Positions 14,610 through 28,329 of a stretch of DNA of 64,000 nt are shown here, piece after piece; the first letter of the stretch is position 1, and each line of letters starts with the position of its first letter. Source of the stretch: Octopus sinensis (taxonomy: Eukaryota). A program made the translations under genes and the position numbers. The notes below the pieces were generated by a model. That model saw only the letters and a list, made by a program, of their open reading frames with translations, made no database searches and had not been told where the DNA came from. Location: assembly GCF_006345805.1 (NCBI RefSeq), contig NC_043011.1, positions 28,904,464 through 28,968,463 of the forward strand, given 5' to 3'.

Positions 14610-14785
14610 GGGAGAGTTTACGAAAAAAAAAAAGACGAAGACAGGTGGTGTACAAAACAAACAGATGTAGTAGTATAATGCTCAGGAATAGAAAAAGTCT
14701 TTTACGTTTCGAGCCTACGCTCTTCTACAGAAAGAGACACAGAAAACAAGGAGAGAAAAAAATGTATGTAGTGGCTAACGATCTA
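14610..14785 (-). mobile_element. Short non-coding element in (TA)n with minimal hammerhead-like motif (family 1)
   Basis: Reverse complement of 14698-14735 reads UCUUU-CUGUAGA-A-GAGC-GUAG-GCUC-GAAA-CG-UA-AAAGA. Stem I is 5 bp, stem II is 4 bp, stem III is the palindrome ACGU, and the triplet is GUA. The core has U at the conserved A6 position. Confidence 0.65.
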
Positions 14786-15395
14786 TGTATATATATATAT
14801 ATAGGTATGTTGGTGAAAACAGGTAAAATAGAACTCAAAATATGAGCATATGTATATTTTTGTTAATATTTAGCAGAAATAACAGAGTGACTCAAGGTCC
14901 AAGATTTTCGTGCATTGGCACTTATCTTTGTGTGTGCGTGTGTGTGTGTCATACATATATATATATTTATGTATATAGTACATATACGTATAGATATATA
15001 GATGCATGTGTGTGTGTACAAACATATATATGTATACACACACACATATCAAGTGATCTACTGAGACATACAGTTCAGTTATGTAAGTATTAACAAGACA
15101 AAACTTTGTAGGATCTTGGGTTTTTTCCTCAACTTTCAGAAACATGTACAATTCATTATCAAAGATGTTTAGTCTGTGTTAATCATATGGAAAATATTAT
15201 GGAAACCCACTATTCAGAAAATTCTAGAAATAACTAAAAAAAAACAGAAAATGAAAATAGCGATTGCCTTTTTATTAATAATGACTGTGAAGGATTAAAT
15301 ATTTATAAAATTTCTATTAAAATATCTGTATGATATTTGCTAAATTTGGATTAATGCAGTCAAGGAAATTATTAGCTATTAAAGTAAAAAATGAT

Positions 15396-15447
<52 letters not shown>

Positions 15448-15549
15448 GTAATAATGATGATGATGATGATAATAATAATAATAATGATAATAATAATAAT
15501 AATGGTAATAATGATGATGATGGTAATAATAATAATAATAATAATAATT

Positions 15550-15695
15550 TCTACTAAAGGCACAAGGCCTTAAATTTGGGGGAGGGGGTATTAGTCCATT
15601 ACATTGACTGCAGTGCTCAACTGGTGCTTATTTTATCGACCCTGAAAGGATGAAAAACAGAGTGAACCTTGGCTGAGTTTGAACTCAGAACGTAA
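15550..15695 (-). mobile_element. SINE (5'-truncated)
   Basis: ctactaaaggcacaaggcc...ttatcgaccctgaaaggatgaaa...tttgaactcagaacgt. Confidence 0.8.
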
Positions 15696-15926
15696 AGGAT
15701 GAGATAGACCACTCAAAACAAGTGGGGTTTATATTGATCAAAAGGAGACACTACAACATTAAAGGATATAACAAAAGATATATAAATAGAAGTTAGAGAA
15801 ATAAAGGATTAAGAAATAGAATCCCTAATAGTGGGGCAGCTCAGTTAGGTTTGTTTGCAGTAAACCCCACATAAAGTCCCAGATTACTCTGCTATCCACA
15901 AGGCATGAGATATACCATCTTCCAGT

Positions 15927-15984
<58 letters not shown>

Positions 15985-15985
<1 letters not shown>

Positions 15986-16200
15986 AAGGTGGTGAGTTGA
16001 CTGAATCGTTAGCACCCCAGGTGAAATGTTTAGCGGTAATTCATCTGCCTTTATGTTCTGAGTTCAAATTCCACTGAAGTCTACTTTGCCTGTCATCCTT
16101 TCAGGGTCGATAAATTAAGTACCAGTTGAGTACTAGAATCGATGTGATCGACTGTCCCCCTCCCCACAAAATCTAGGCCTTGTGCTTTTAGTAGAAAGGA
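15985..16200 (+). mobile_element. SINE, full length
   Basis: Head, B-box, core and tail as in the 904-1665 copies. Confidence 0.85.
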
Positions 16201-16299
16201 CTATTATTATTATTAGACTTTCTTCTTTCAATTTTGTTTCCATTTCTTACCAAATGTCTTCCCTACACCTAGGATAAAAGAAATCACTATATACATTGA

Positions 16300-16770
16300 T
16301 AGACCATTAAATAAACACACCAGATTGTTCATTTTCAAAATCAAATAAAGTTACATAGAAAAATATTATTTACATGGATGGGAATCATTTTCACATCAGC
16401 TATGCTCTCTTTGATAAGTGTGACATGGCATTTAAAACAATCTTTTGCACTTTTTACAGGGATGTTAAGCCAGGAATCATTCTCAAATGATTCAGTTCCT
16501 TTTTTGATCATTCCTAGAGCTCCTACAGTCACTGGTATTGTAACTGCCTTGAAATGTCACATTTTTTTTTTTATTTCAATGAGTAAATCTTTATATTTTC
16601 TGAGCTTGTCAAATTCTTTTGCCAAAAAATTATGATCACAAGGGATACTCATGTCAATCAATAAACAGACTTTATTATTTTGGTCTTTTACAGTAATATT
16701 CAATCTATTGTTGATTTGACTCTTGTTCGTTCTTATTCCTGATAGAATTTATGTGGGTAGCAGGTTACTA
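16300..16770 (-). mobile_element. RLE-type LINE 3' fragment
   Basis: SIPCDHNFLAKEFDKLRKYKDLLIEI...KAVTIPVTVGALGMIKKG; same domain class as 17440-17750, degenerate. Confidence 0.75.
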
Positions 16771-16779
16771 ATTGTAACC

Positions 16780-17030
16780 TTAGTCATCCACAATCTTTCA
16801 ATAGTCTTTCAAGTGCTTAAGACCAAACTGACAATCTTTCCTATCCCTAAAACTTACTGTAAATGTTCTACACGACATTCTATTCCAATCTCCTTCAATC
16901 ATTTGTCTATATCATTACTTACGGTTCCCAATGCACCAATTATTACAAGTAAAACCTTTACAGTTTTCATACTCCAAATTGATGTGATTTCAAATTTTAA
17001 GGAATCATATATTTTTATGTTTTTCCTCTT
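16780..17030 (-). mobile_element. RLE-type LINE extreme 3' fragment
   Basis: WSMKTVKVLLVIIGALGTVSNDIDK.LKEIGIECRVEHLQ..LGIGKIVSLVL. Confidence 0.75.
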
Positions 17031-17055
17031 CTTTCTTTACAATCCTGGAATCATA

Positions 17056-17122
<67 letters not shown>

Positions 17123-17124
<2 letters not shown>

Positions 17125-17335
17125 GGTGGTGTGCTGGCAGAATCATTAGAATGGTGGCAGAAATACTTAGCGGCATTTCACCCATTGCTACGTTCTGAGT
17201 TCAAATTCCACCGAGGTCGGCTTTGCCTTTCATCCTTTCAGGTTCGATAAATTAAGTACCAGTTGAGTACTGGGGTCGATGTAATCGACTATCCCTCTCC
17301 CTCAAATGTCAAGCCTTGTGCCTATAATAGAAAAG
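17123..17335 (+). mobile_element. SINE, full length
   Basis: aaggtggtgtgctggcagaatc...gagttcaaattccaccgaggtcggctttgcctttcatcc...gccttgtgcctataatagaaa. Confidence 0.88.
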
Positions 17336-17439
17336 ATTATTATTATTATTATTTATTATATTATTATATGAAAACTCACAGCTTATTTTGCTGGGTATGA
17401 TGGAAAGTTTCATCTGTCCACAGTCAGCTGACTAAGGTG

Positions 17440-17750
17440 ACACTTGTTTACTGGTCATGCTTCAAGAACCCTGCGAAGAATTCTTGCAGTTCCAAGCAAT
17501 GCTGATTTTTGTAGGTGTTCTACCTTCACACTTGCACCAATCTTTTTCAGCAATGTTGGTAGCTGAGTGCTGATATTTCCAAATGCACCAATTACTATTG
17601 GTATCACGTCTACTTTCTTCATTGACCGCAACCTTTGTATTTCCCACTTTAAAATCATCATAGCAGTTTATTTTTTCTTCTTCCTTCACATCAATCCTGT
17701 TGTCACCAGGGCATCCTATGTCGATAATCATACTTTATCTTTCTTCTTCA
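17440..17750 (-). mobile_element. Restriction-like-endonuclease (R4/NeSL-type) LINE 3' fragment
   Basis: IIDIGCPGDNRIDVKEEEKINCY + KWEIQRL.SMKKVDVIPIVIGAFG...HLQKSALLGTARILRRVLEA* (one frameshift). Confidence 0.88.
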
Positions 17751-18069
17751 TCTCCTTCTTCTTCTTCTTATTATTATTATTATTATTATTATTATGATCA
17801 TCATCATCATCTTAAATAAAGTATCAGTCTAATATAAGGGACAATGGTATTGATTAACCCTCTCCCCTCAAAATTACTGGCCTTCTGCCTCAGAAACAAT
17901 TTTATTGTCATCATCACTATCTTTATATCATTTATTATCATTGCCACTACCACTGCCATGACCATCATCATCATAGAAAGTTTCAGTGGTGCATTTTTTT
18001 CTTTCTGATGCTCAACATGGATTCAATATCTCATCTATATTGCTTCAAACCAGTTGTTTTTGTCTTTCC

Positions 18070-18297
18070 TTAACCCTTTTGTTACTGTATTTATTTTGAG
18101 ATACTCTGTGCTTCTTTCAATTACTTTAAATATAACAAAGAATTTAGTAAAATAACTTAGTTATCATTAAGCTAGTGTTAGGAACATAGATTGTGACTAA
18201 GGTTTAGTGGAAGATTTTAATTCAAAACTTATGAAAACAAAACATTTGTATTCAGAGCCAGAGCCAGTTTCAACCGGGTTGGTAACGAAAGGGTTAA
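18070..18297. mobile_element. piggyBac-like MITE (TTAA-CCC...GGG-TTAA)
   Basis: Termini ttaacccttttgttac / gtaacgaaagggttaa, 228 bp, non-coding. Confidence 0.85.
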
Positions 18298-18978
18298 ATT
18301 GTTAAGCATTAACTTATTCTCCTTTTATATCCTCTTTGCTATCTAAACACACACACATATATATATTTAGCCTATTTTCCATCATCATCCACTGGCTTTA
18401 ACTTATCTATATTCAAACACTGTCTTTAACCTTTCTCTATCAACCACTTGTTCATGTTATTAATTTAGTTTCTATCGTTACATGATAAAATATGTGGCTC
18501 TGAATTCTATCCATCTAAATTTCATTTAATATGTTGCCTGAAGTATGAAAAGTATGCTTTATTATTATTGATTTTTCAGTTTAGATTTTAAATATTTCAT
18601 CTTAATTTGGTGAATAATCTCATCAATTGAAAAATGTCTTATAAATGATGAATTATGAATAAAGAATTTTGCATATTAAAATATTGATATATATAAACAT
18701 ACATATATATATATATGCATATACACAAAGATATTCATACACACACCACACATGTGTGTGTTTATTTGTATGCATGCACGTAAGTATACATACATGTATA
18801 TATAAAGAGGAATCATGACAATAATTATAAGCTATAATTAGTTTTTATATTCTTTCTTGTGTTCTTTCTCTCTCTGTCTCTATCTTTGTTTCCACTTTTA
18901 AAATTCTACAAACGTTTCTAGGCTGATAGTAATTTGTTTATTTATACATACATATATACATACATGCACACACACACA

Positions 18979-19024
<46 letters not shown>

Positions 19025-19717
19025 TATCCTGGCTCCTTTTTCGATACTTTTCTGTATTTTATAAAGAAAGAAATTTGGAACGCTTGCAAACTGCTTGAAA
19101 ATTAATTTAGCTATCAGGGGAAAATACTGAGTGAAGGATTGTATGAGAACAACAACAGGGAAAGTAAAAACAAGGACTAAATATACGAAGTTGCTCATCA
19201 TCATCATTGCCATCATCAATTCTGTAAAGCCATTGGCTGTTTATCAGAGATGATACCTGACTGTGTGTTAGAATAATTCAAACACACATAAAGTCTTATT
19301 TTCATCCTAAGCAAGATTTCACCAGTAAGGAAGATTATTTCTGTAGTGAGAACACACATCTAAAATTTGTGTTTTTTGCTAAAATTATAAATATATATCA
19401 TGTTAAAAGTAATTAAAAATGTTTCATGAAGAAGATAGCAATAATTAGCAAATGAAACACAGTGAAGTTATTTGCTTAAAGTTGTATAATAAATGTCTTT
19501 AAAGGATATAGATGAAATACTACTTGGATGAGTTATTGTCAAAGAATACAGAAGGGATCTAGATACAGTAGAGGGTCATTTGAATTCAATTAGGAGATTA
19601 ATTCTAATTTAACTATATTAGGGGATACTTGGGGATTAACAATGATGAAAGTTTTTAAGCTTGATTCGTTTTGATGATATGATGAAAGTAGTGATAAAAT
19701 GTTTTCATACACCAAAT

Positions 19718-19925
19718 GGGTGCTGGTATGGCTATGTGGTGTTAGGAAGTTTACTTGGGGTTGAGAAATTTACTTCACACCCAAGCGATTCAAGGTTCAA
19801 TCTCACTGCACTGCAGTTTGAGTGTTTTCTGTTATAGCTCCAGATCGAACAAGGATTTGTGAATGAAATATGGTAAAAGAGAAATGGTAACTGAGCAAAT
19901 GGCTTATAAAATGGAAGACGCATGT
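19718..19925 (+). mobile_element. tRNA/CORE-like SINE head with (GT)n tail
   Basis: ggctatgtgg...ggttcaatctcactg...gtgttttctgttatagctc...gaagacgcatgtgtgtg. Confidence 0.7.
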
Positions 19926-20231
19926 GTGTGTGTATGTGTGTGTATGTGTGTGTGAGTGTGTGTGAGTGTGTGTATGTTAAGGTAGCATAACCGAGTAGTT
20001 AAGGTGTTGAGTTCCTGATCATACTCATAAGTTCAATTCTTGGATCAGTCAGCATATTGTCTTTCAGCAAAGTGCACCATGAAATGCTGCAGTCTAAGAA
20101 GCTGAAGATAAGCACCAAGTGCGCTCTCTCTCTCTCTCTCTCTTTTTCCATCCTGCTGTTACATCTTCGATATTTAGTTGGGTTAAAGATGAGAAAGTTG
20201 AAAGGGTTCCTGTGTCTGCTCATAACTACAT

Positions 20232-20435
20232 ACTTACTTAAGCCTTTTGTTCCCTATGAAACATAGACCATCAATAACTTTTTTCCACTGGTCTCATCTA
20301 TGGACTGCTTTTCTACTTCTCTCTAGTTGGATCTCTGCCTTTCCACCCTGCTCACCACCTGCACTACCTGTACTGTTCTTCATCATTTCATACATCATCT
20401 TAATATTCCCTGGAGGAAGGCCTTCCTCTCCCAGG
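20232..20435 (-). mobile_element. Degenerate RTE-type LINE 3' end
   Basis: Reverse complement gives a KT..TWERKAFLQGILR...REVEK...SGKSY.WSMFHREQKA*VS-like C-terminus ending in taagta-type repeats; heavily mutated. Confidence 0.5.
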
Positions 20436-20789
20436 TCTTGTTGGTTTTGAATTGTTAGCAATGCTTCTATAACTTAGTATTTTCCTTGATAGGAATGTTG
20501 GTCCCTATGCAAACCTCTGGAAAGAGGTGAATCATATTAATCTGGTCTCTGTCCATTGTCCTGTCCAGCATAGAGGTCCCTATTGGGAGCTGCACTCTGC
20601 TGGCATAGCTCTCAGGGTCACTGAGGCATGCAAGCCACTACATCACAAGGACTGAATCTTGTGGTGATCACAATGATATAGGCACCAAAAATAATTGACA
20701 AAAGCATGGTATGTGCTACCAGGTCGCACTCACTTGCAAATAATGGCTATAAATTCTTTACATGTGTATGTGTCAACATATATTTGTTT

Positions 20790-20995
20790 TCTACTATAGG
20801 CACAAAGCCTGAAATTTAGTGGGAGGGGCTTGCCGATTACATTAACACACCCAGTGATTGACTAGAACTTATTTTATCGACCCTGAAAGAATAAAAGGCA
20901 AAGCTGACCTCAGCAGAATTTGAACTCAGAATGTAAAGGTGGACGAAATACCACTAAGCATTCTGTTCAGCATGCTAACAATTCTGCCAGCTTGC
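20790..20995 (-). mobile_element. SINE
   Basis: Reverse-complement copy of the same family. Confidence 0.85.
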
Positions 20996-21007
20996 TGTCT
21001 TATTTGC

Positions 21008-21063
<56 letters not shown>

Positions 21064-21107
21064 GTATGTATGTATATATATATGTGTGTGTGTGTGTGTG
21101 GTGTGTG

Positions 21108-21190
<83 letters not shown>

Positions 21191-21195
21191 GTATA

Positions 21196-21244
<49 letters not shown>

Positions 21245-21329
21245 GTATATATATATATATATATATGTATATATAATATGTATATATGTATATATGTATA
21301 TCTCTTATGATAATATATATATATATATA

Positions 21330-21447
21330 GATATATCACGTGATCACGTGACCGACCAGACCATCAGATGTTGTTACACATCGCTGGTCATAATGCGTTC
21401 ACATTGTTTTAGCCTTCGAATGATGCCACCTCACTGGCTAAGCGAGC
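21330..21447 (-). mobile_element. 3' part of the older SINE family (related to 36225-36575)
   Basis: gaccagaccatcagatgttgtt...gcgagcaggccaat is the reverse complement of the 36225-36575 host sequence. Confidence 0.7.
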
Positions 21448-21459
21448 AGGCCAATATAG

Positions 21460-21512
<53 letters not shown>

Positions 21513-21533
21513 TCATAATAATAATAATGATAT

Positions 21534-21589
<56 letters not shown>

Positions 21590-21724
21590 ATATATATTGA
21601 TGTGGAAAATGCATGCATCAGTAAGAAGACAAATAAACCAGATTGATTGAAAGTCTTTTTTAAGTATTTATTCTGCCTGACTTAAACAAACAATGTTTTT
21701 TTGTTTTCTCATTTTCTCTATCAG

Positions 21725-21766
21725 GAAAGCAGTGAACCAAAGGTCAGCCCCAGTGTAGACCTGTAA
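21725..21766 (+). CDS. Candidate short terminal coding exon (ESSEPKVSPSVDL*), gene unknown
   Basis: Strong polypyrimidine acceptor ttgttttctcattttctctatcag, stop TAA, AATAAA about 50 nt downstream, then ~1 kb of repeat-poor AT-rich sequence. No upstream exon could be linked. Confidence 0.25.
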   Translation, partial: ESSEPKVSPSVDL

Positions 21767-23023
21767 TCAACATCCCTATTGTTCACAAAATACTTGATAT
21801 GAAAATAATAATAAATAAATAAATGTAGACAAATGGAGTTATTTATGAGAAAACGAAGCAGCTAAAAAAAAATCCAATATAAATCAAGTGACTATTTATT
21901 CATTTATTTATAATGAAAAATGTTACTTTATAAACATCTATTGCTCATAGTCTTTTCTCAATATAGCAGCTGCATTCTCTTAATTGCTTCATTAAGATTC
22001 TGAAATATAATCAGGGAATGGGGAATTTCAATGTTTTGCCAAATGTATAATGTGAATCTAAAAGAAAAAAAATAACATAAGTGTTTAGGATTAGAAACAC
22101 GAGGTTTTATTGCTTAACAGGGCAAATTACACAGGTGATTTACTATATGGATAATACAGAGATTTAATAAGATTATGTAAGGAAATGTGAAAGATTGGAT
22201 AAAAGAAGAACTTACATCAAGAGAAGATGTCTAATACACACCATCGGTGATATATAGAACACTGACAATTACTAATGCAAATTATAGTTGAATATTTCTC
22301 CCTTCTATTTATTTTTAATCTGTCTATTCCTGAACATTGACAGAAGATTATGTAAATAGAAAATTGTCTTATAATGACTGAGTTAATAATAACTTCTTTT
22401 TCTTGCCTGGAAATGGAAAAGAAGCAATTAGAAATTTCATAAAAGTTATAAACTAGGGTTTAAATAATTAAATTACAGGCTGTGATTGGCTGTTGGTCAC
22501 GATTTAGAGTTTTTTTATTACATTTACTGTAGTAATCTATAGTAATCTCCCTTGCAAGCAATGCATGCCTTTAACAGCTTTATGGTTTTGCGTAGAGATT
22601 TTTTTTTATTTTTCCTTTTTAGCATACTAAATCGTGTGTGATTGTGTATGTGTTTTACATAGTCAGACAGGCAATAAATCATTTTAAAGTTTATTTGAAA
22701 TGTCTTAAAATATTATTAGGTAAATCTCTTTCCCAAATAAGAGATGTCAGTGCAGAAGGAATGAAAAAATCTTAAAAAGGCTAAAGGAGATCCTCATAAT
22801 AAAATGTTCTCTTTCAGGTGAGGGGCTTACATGACTGTTTCTACATAAAGTAATACATATATAAGCAAGTCAATATTAAATGGCAGGATTACTTAATACT
22901 TTTGAGTAGAGTACACATATTAAATTTTATGAGGGAAAGGTTGAAAGTGATTTTGCAGATAGAACCTCAAAGCCATTGGCAACGTTTTCCTTTTAAAAAT
23001 ATAAGTGTGTGTATGTAATAACA

Positions 23024-23093
<70 letters not shown>

Positions 23094-23139
23094 CAGCAAC
23101 AATAATAATAATAATAATCTTTTCTACTCTAGGCACAAG

Positions 23140-23343
23140 GTCTGAAATTTTTGAAAATTTTGAGGATGGAGCCAGTCAATTAGATCGATTCCCAGTACAT
23201 AACTGGTACTTGATTTATCGACCCCCATCATCCCCCCCACTAAAGGATGAAAGACAGAATTTGAACTCAGAATGTAAAAACAGATGAAATACCGCTAAGC
23301 ATTTCAACCGGTGTGCTAACAATTTTGCCAGCTCACGGCCTTC
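23140..23343 (-). mobile_element. SINE
   Basis: Reverse-complement copy with a small internal alteration near 23225. Confidence 0.8.
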
Positions 23344-23503
23344 AATAATAATAATAATAATTCATAGATGGAATTTATAGATATGTTAATGCATTGCTAT
23401 GCACATTCCTACAAATCAGATGTTTCTTACAATCATAGTTCATATTCCTGGGAGATTACAGTACAGTCCATAGTATTTATAAATGTATAAATACTATCCA
23501 TAG

Positions 23504-23562
<59 letters not shown>

Positions 23563-23689
23563 ATTTATTCTAGGTTGTATCAACACAGATCAGTACCAGC
23601 TCAAAAAACTGCTATTGCCAGTTGTTATCATTAGGCAGTAGCCAGAATTATAAAATAAGAACTTTTACATGCATATTCAAAAACACTTC

Positions 23690-24125
23690 CCATAAATTAA
23701 CTTAAAGGATGGTTGGATGTTAGTGTGAGCCAGAGTCCATTTGAGCTGGTCTTTAAAATGGAATTGCAGACCTCCTCTGGGTCTTGTTCCAGTTGCAAAT
23801 TCTCCATAGAGCATAATCCTCAGGAGATGAGAAGGCTTCATACGCTGGACATGACCTGCCCAACAGAGACAATGGCAAAGAATGGTGGCTTCAATGCTTG
23901 GCAGTGAGGCATGGCAAAGAACCTCATTATTGGTAATGTGATCTTCCATTTGGGTATTGAGGATCTGTCATAGCTTGGATTGCTGGAAGCATTCAAGGCA
24001 TTTGAAGTCACAGTGGCACAGCATCCAAGTTTCACAAGCATAGAGAAGAGATGACAGGACAATGGCACTAAAGACCATGATCTTTGTCCAGATGGTCAGC
24101 ATGTGATTGAAGAATATATGTTGGC
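23690..24125 (-). mobile_element. RTE (BovB-like) LINE fragment, RT C-terminal region
   Basis: Peptides TKIMVFSAIVLSSLLYACETW...LECFQQSKL and W.DHITNNEVLCHASLPSIEATI...WAGHVQRM...MLYGEFATGTRPRGG..FKDQLK; contains frameshifts. Confidence 0.9.
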
Positions 24126-24207
24126 TGAGTCTACCAAAGGCGGAGGTATGTGTATATATATACACACACACACACACACACATATATATACATATATATA
24201 TGATAGA

Positions 24208-24255
<48 letters not shown>

Positions 24256-24684
24256 GTATATGTATGTATATATATATATAATTAATTTCAAAGTTGTACT
24301 TGCTAGCAGGTGATATGAGTTGAGATGGTGTTAAAACAGAAACAATTATATTATGGAAAAGTTGCTTTAGCTATTTGACAGCATACAAAATCTCTTACAT
24401 TCTCTTTCCATATATTTCTTGAGGTGTTGAAATTTTCACTGCACAACTGCAACCTGACCAATTTCAAAGTTCCATGGTAGAACTTGAGATTACTATGACC
24501 TGGTTACAGGCACAGTTCCATCATAGAATTGTCAATGATTAGGTTTCAGTTCTGCAATGAAAATTTTGATAAATTTATTAGACAATTAGATAAATTTATT
24601 AGGCAATTTATTAGACATAGAGTATAATATACTAAGTCAAAGAACAGGGGGGTTATGATACATCACCACCATTCTTGGACTTCG

Positions 24685-24715
<31 letters not shown>

Positions 24716-24723
24716 TTGTGTGT

Positions 24724-25025
24724 GAAGGCACATGGCTCAGTGGTTAAGGTGTTGTACTCATGATTGCAAGACCGTGGGTTCAATTCCCAGACCAGGCAAT
24801 GCATTGTGTTCTTCAGCAAAGCACTTCATTTCACATTGCTCTGTGATCATTTCAACATCTGACATGTGGCACCCATTTCACCTGCACAGGTAAGGTTGAT
24901 TTGATAGAGGGAATGAGCTTATGCGTACACAAACATTTGATCACTATAAACAAATCATCTGTGTGGTTGTCCAGTAAGAAATTGTTGAACCCTCATATGT
25001 AATCTAATGACAGGAGAGTCCATCA
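24724..25025 (+). mobile_element. tRNA-derived SINE (separate family)
   Basis: A-box tggctcagtgg, B-box gggttcaattccc, CORE-like gtgttcttcagcaaagcacttcatttcac. Confidence 0.8.
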
Positions 25026-25149
25026 TATACATATAGCGACTGTTGTGGTCTTATGTACACCATCTAAGGTATTGGATTGGTAAAATCATTAGAAAATCAA
25101 ATAAAATGCTGTACAATATTTATTTTGGTTTGATATTTATTCCGAGTTC

Positions 25150-25365
25150 AAGGTGTTGAGTTGGCAAAATCGTTAGCACATGCGGGCAGTATGCTTAGCA
25201 ACATTTCATTCGTATTTATGTGAGTTCAAATTCCACTTAAGTCAACTTTGCCTATCATCCTTTCAAGGTCGATAAAGTAAGTACCAGTCAAGCACTGCGG
25301 ATGATGTAATTGACTCACCATCTCTCACAGACATGCTGAATTTGTGCCAAAGATTGAAACCAATA
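25150..25365 (+). mobile_element. SINE
   Basis: Head/core/tail as above; a further partial copy follows at ~25365-25440. Confidence 0.8.
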
Positions 25366-28329
25366 TTTATTCTGAGTTCAAATCTCATCAAGGCCAACTT
25401 TGTTTTCCCTCCTTTAAGGGTCAACAAAATAAATTACTAGTTTTAGGGTGATGTATTAGTAGAAATATTTGAACACTGGGCAAATTGCCGTGCAATATAT
25501 CATTTGTCCTGGCTCCTTAGATTACATGAAGTTGCACAGACCAGTAATTCAGGTGTTGGGCTCACAATCATAAGTGCATGAGTTCAATTCCAGGATTGGG
25601 CAGAATGTTGTATCTGTAAGCAAAGTATTTCATTTCATGTAGCTTTAGTCACAATAACTACTGAGTGTTGGTGCAGTGCTTTCTTCCCTTCAGCTGTCAT
25701 ATCCTAGGTGTTCTACTATGTAAATGGATGAGAGGGTTGAGAATATGTTAGTTTGTCTATGTTTGCTTGTACCTAAAGGTACCTGAAACAATCATTGAAA
25801 GCATGGTACATGCTATGAAACCATGCTCACTTGCAAGCAATGGCAGTATCTGTGTGAACTTTATATAACAAATTCACTTTCTATAATACTGCTATCATAC
25901 CTTTCCCTCAGGGCAATATCAACAAAATGGAGTGAAGAGATCTATTACATGGCTGCCTGGCACCATGGGCTTTTTAGACACAAGTATATGGTCAGCTTTA
26001 ATCACTGGAGGAGGCCTTAGAGTTGTATTATCTTGCTTGTTTTTGTTAAAGAATTGTTGTACATTACTCATAAAATTTGCTGTACATAAATCTAGCCAGT
26101 TCTGTAACAAAAACTGGTTATATTTATGTGCAACAATAAAGCATTTAGATAACATTTTCAGACTTCTTCTGAATAGTTTTTTTTTTTTTTTGCTTTGTTT
26201 TGTTTCCTGGGTTTTTTTTTCTGTGGGTTGATTGCAATTTGTTCTTTTTCAACTGTTTCATGTTCATTGCTTATTACTCGTTTCTCTTATTTAAGAGACA
26301 ACAGTGATAAGTTATTACATTAATTATGTCATAAACTTCACACGATCTAACACACACACACACACACACACCCTATTACACTCAGTGATACATACTTATG
26401 CACTTAGTAGTAGAGACATACACACCCATATATATATGTAATTATAATGAAATGCATACATACAGTAATACAGATGTGGAACACAGTAACACAAATATGT
26501 AGCCACACATCAATATAAATGTAATAATACAGACACATAGTTATATATCAATATGCACAGAATAATGCAGATGTACACATTTTTACATACAGTTATACTG
26601 GCACACAGGGTAATACAAACACATATGCATATACAATTTATTGCATGTGCACACGCTTTTACATATATTGTAATACTGGTTTCAAATTTTGGCACAAAGT
26701 CAGCAATTTGGGGGAGGGGGTATGTCAGTTACATCAATCCCTGTGTGCAATACAAACGCATTGTGCATCTACATAAATTCATTTTTACCTCTGGGAAGGG
26801 GTGATACATCTTAATCTGGCCTCTAATCCTATGACCTGTCCAGCATGGGAAGGTCTACAAGGGTCTTGTTCTCTGCTGGCATAGTTCTCTCTGAATCACT
26901 GAGGCATGCAAGCCACCACAGCACAAGGACTGCATCATGTGGTGGCAATAAAATAAAGTACTTGACAAATACTGGGGTGGGGGGTCAATCAAATTAGCTG
27001 TTCCCCTGAATACAATAAAAAAAAAGAATTCATAGTCTTCTGATTATGTTAGATATCCTCTTGGTTGTTATGATTCTATCTCAAATGTGAGAACTAAAAT
27101 TTACTTGACATGTTTATTACAAGAAATACATAAAACATGTGTGTACACCATTCCAGTTGGTTGACAACTTTCACTGAAATGATGAAAGGCAAAGGTGACC
27201 TTGGTGAATTTGAACTCAAAATGTAAAAATGGATGACATGCCACAGAACATTTTGTCTGGTGTGCTAATGATTCTGTGCCAGATAGCCACTTTACACATA
27301 TTGTAAAATTCACACAAATACAGTCATACACATTGTAATACTCTCACACATACACACACATAGTAATACACACGTGCACATATAGTCATATGAATACATG
27401 CACACATTAATCAACACACACTAAGAGACAGATACATGTCTACATAATAATACTGTAACGTATCGTGCTGTTTGCTTAGTAATGTATTGATGTAGAATGC
27501 ATGATAAAAAGATGGACAGTCAGTTGTTAATAGCATCAAAGCATTTATAAAACAGCCTTTTGGAAGTGGGTAAAAATACAATTAAGCAACAAAAAAGCAG
27601 GAAAATCAGGAAAGCAAAAATTCATAATAGTTCTTCATAGACAGGTAAACATCCTGAAAGTTCATATAATAATAGTACAGATAAAAGAGAGGAAGATACA
27701 AGTATTTGAGACAGATGGCCATGTGATTAAGGAATTATCTTCACAATTACAAAGTTCCAGGTTCAATTCCACTGAGCAAGAGTAGGGCAGTGATGATGAT
27801 GATCATCATCATCCAATGTTTTAAGTCCAGGTTTTGTCCCCATTAATGGGGGGTGGCCAGATCTACTTCAATGCCATAGCAACCAAGGTCAGCAGGTACA
27901 GCCCACCCCAACCTTTGGGCTGGCTGGTACCCATTCTCCTTTGTTATCATAAGGCTTTTTTGGAGCTGGATTTTCTACAGGGAGAATGCCCTTGCTTAGC
28001 CCCAACCTCAATTTCTCGACATGAGTGTTCCCGAGACCAAGGCCGCTACCATGATTTTTAAGAACTGTGGTGGAAAACTAGCTCAGGAAGGCAGGGATGC
28101 TACACCCTGAGACCCCTCTCAGAGCCCCCCCCCCTACCTCAAGAGAGGATAAAATAAGTAGAATATGAATGAACTACTTTAATTTCAGCAGCTATCCCAC
28201 ACTATTCCACAGCACAACTAGGACTGCACCTTATGGTGGAAATAAAATAAAGTACTTGACAAATACTAGGGTCAATCAAATTAGCTGTTCTCCTGCCCAC
28301 AGTAAAAAAGGAATTCCTAGTTTTCTGTC

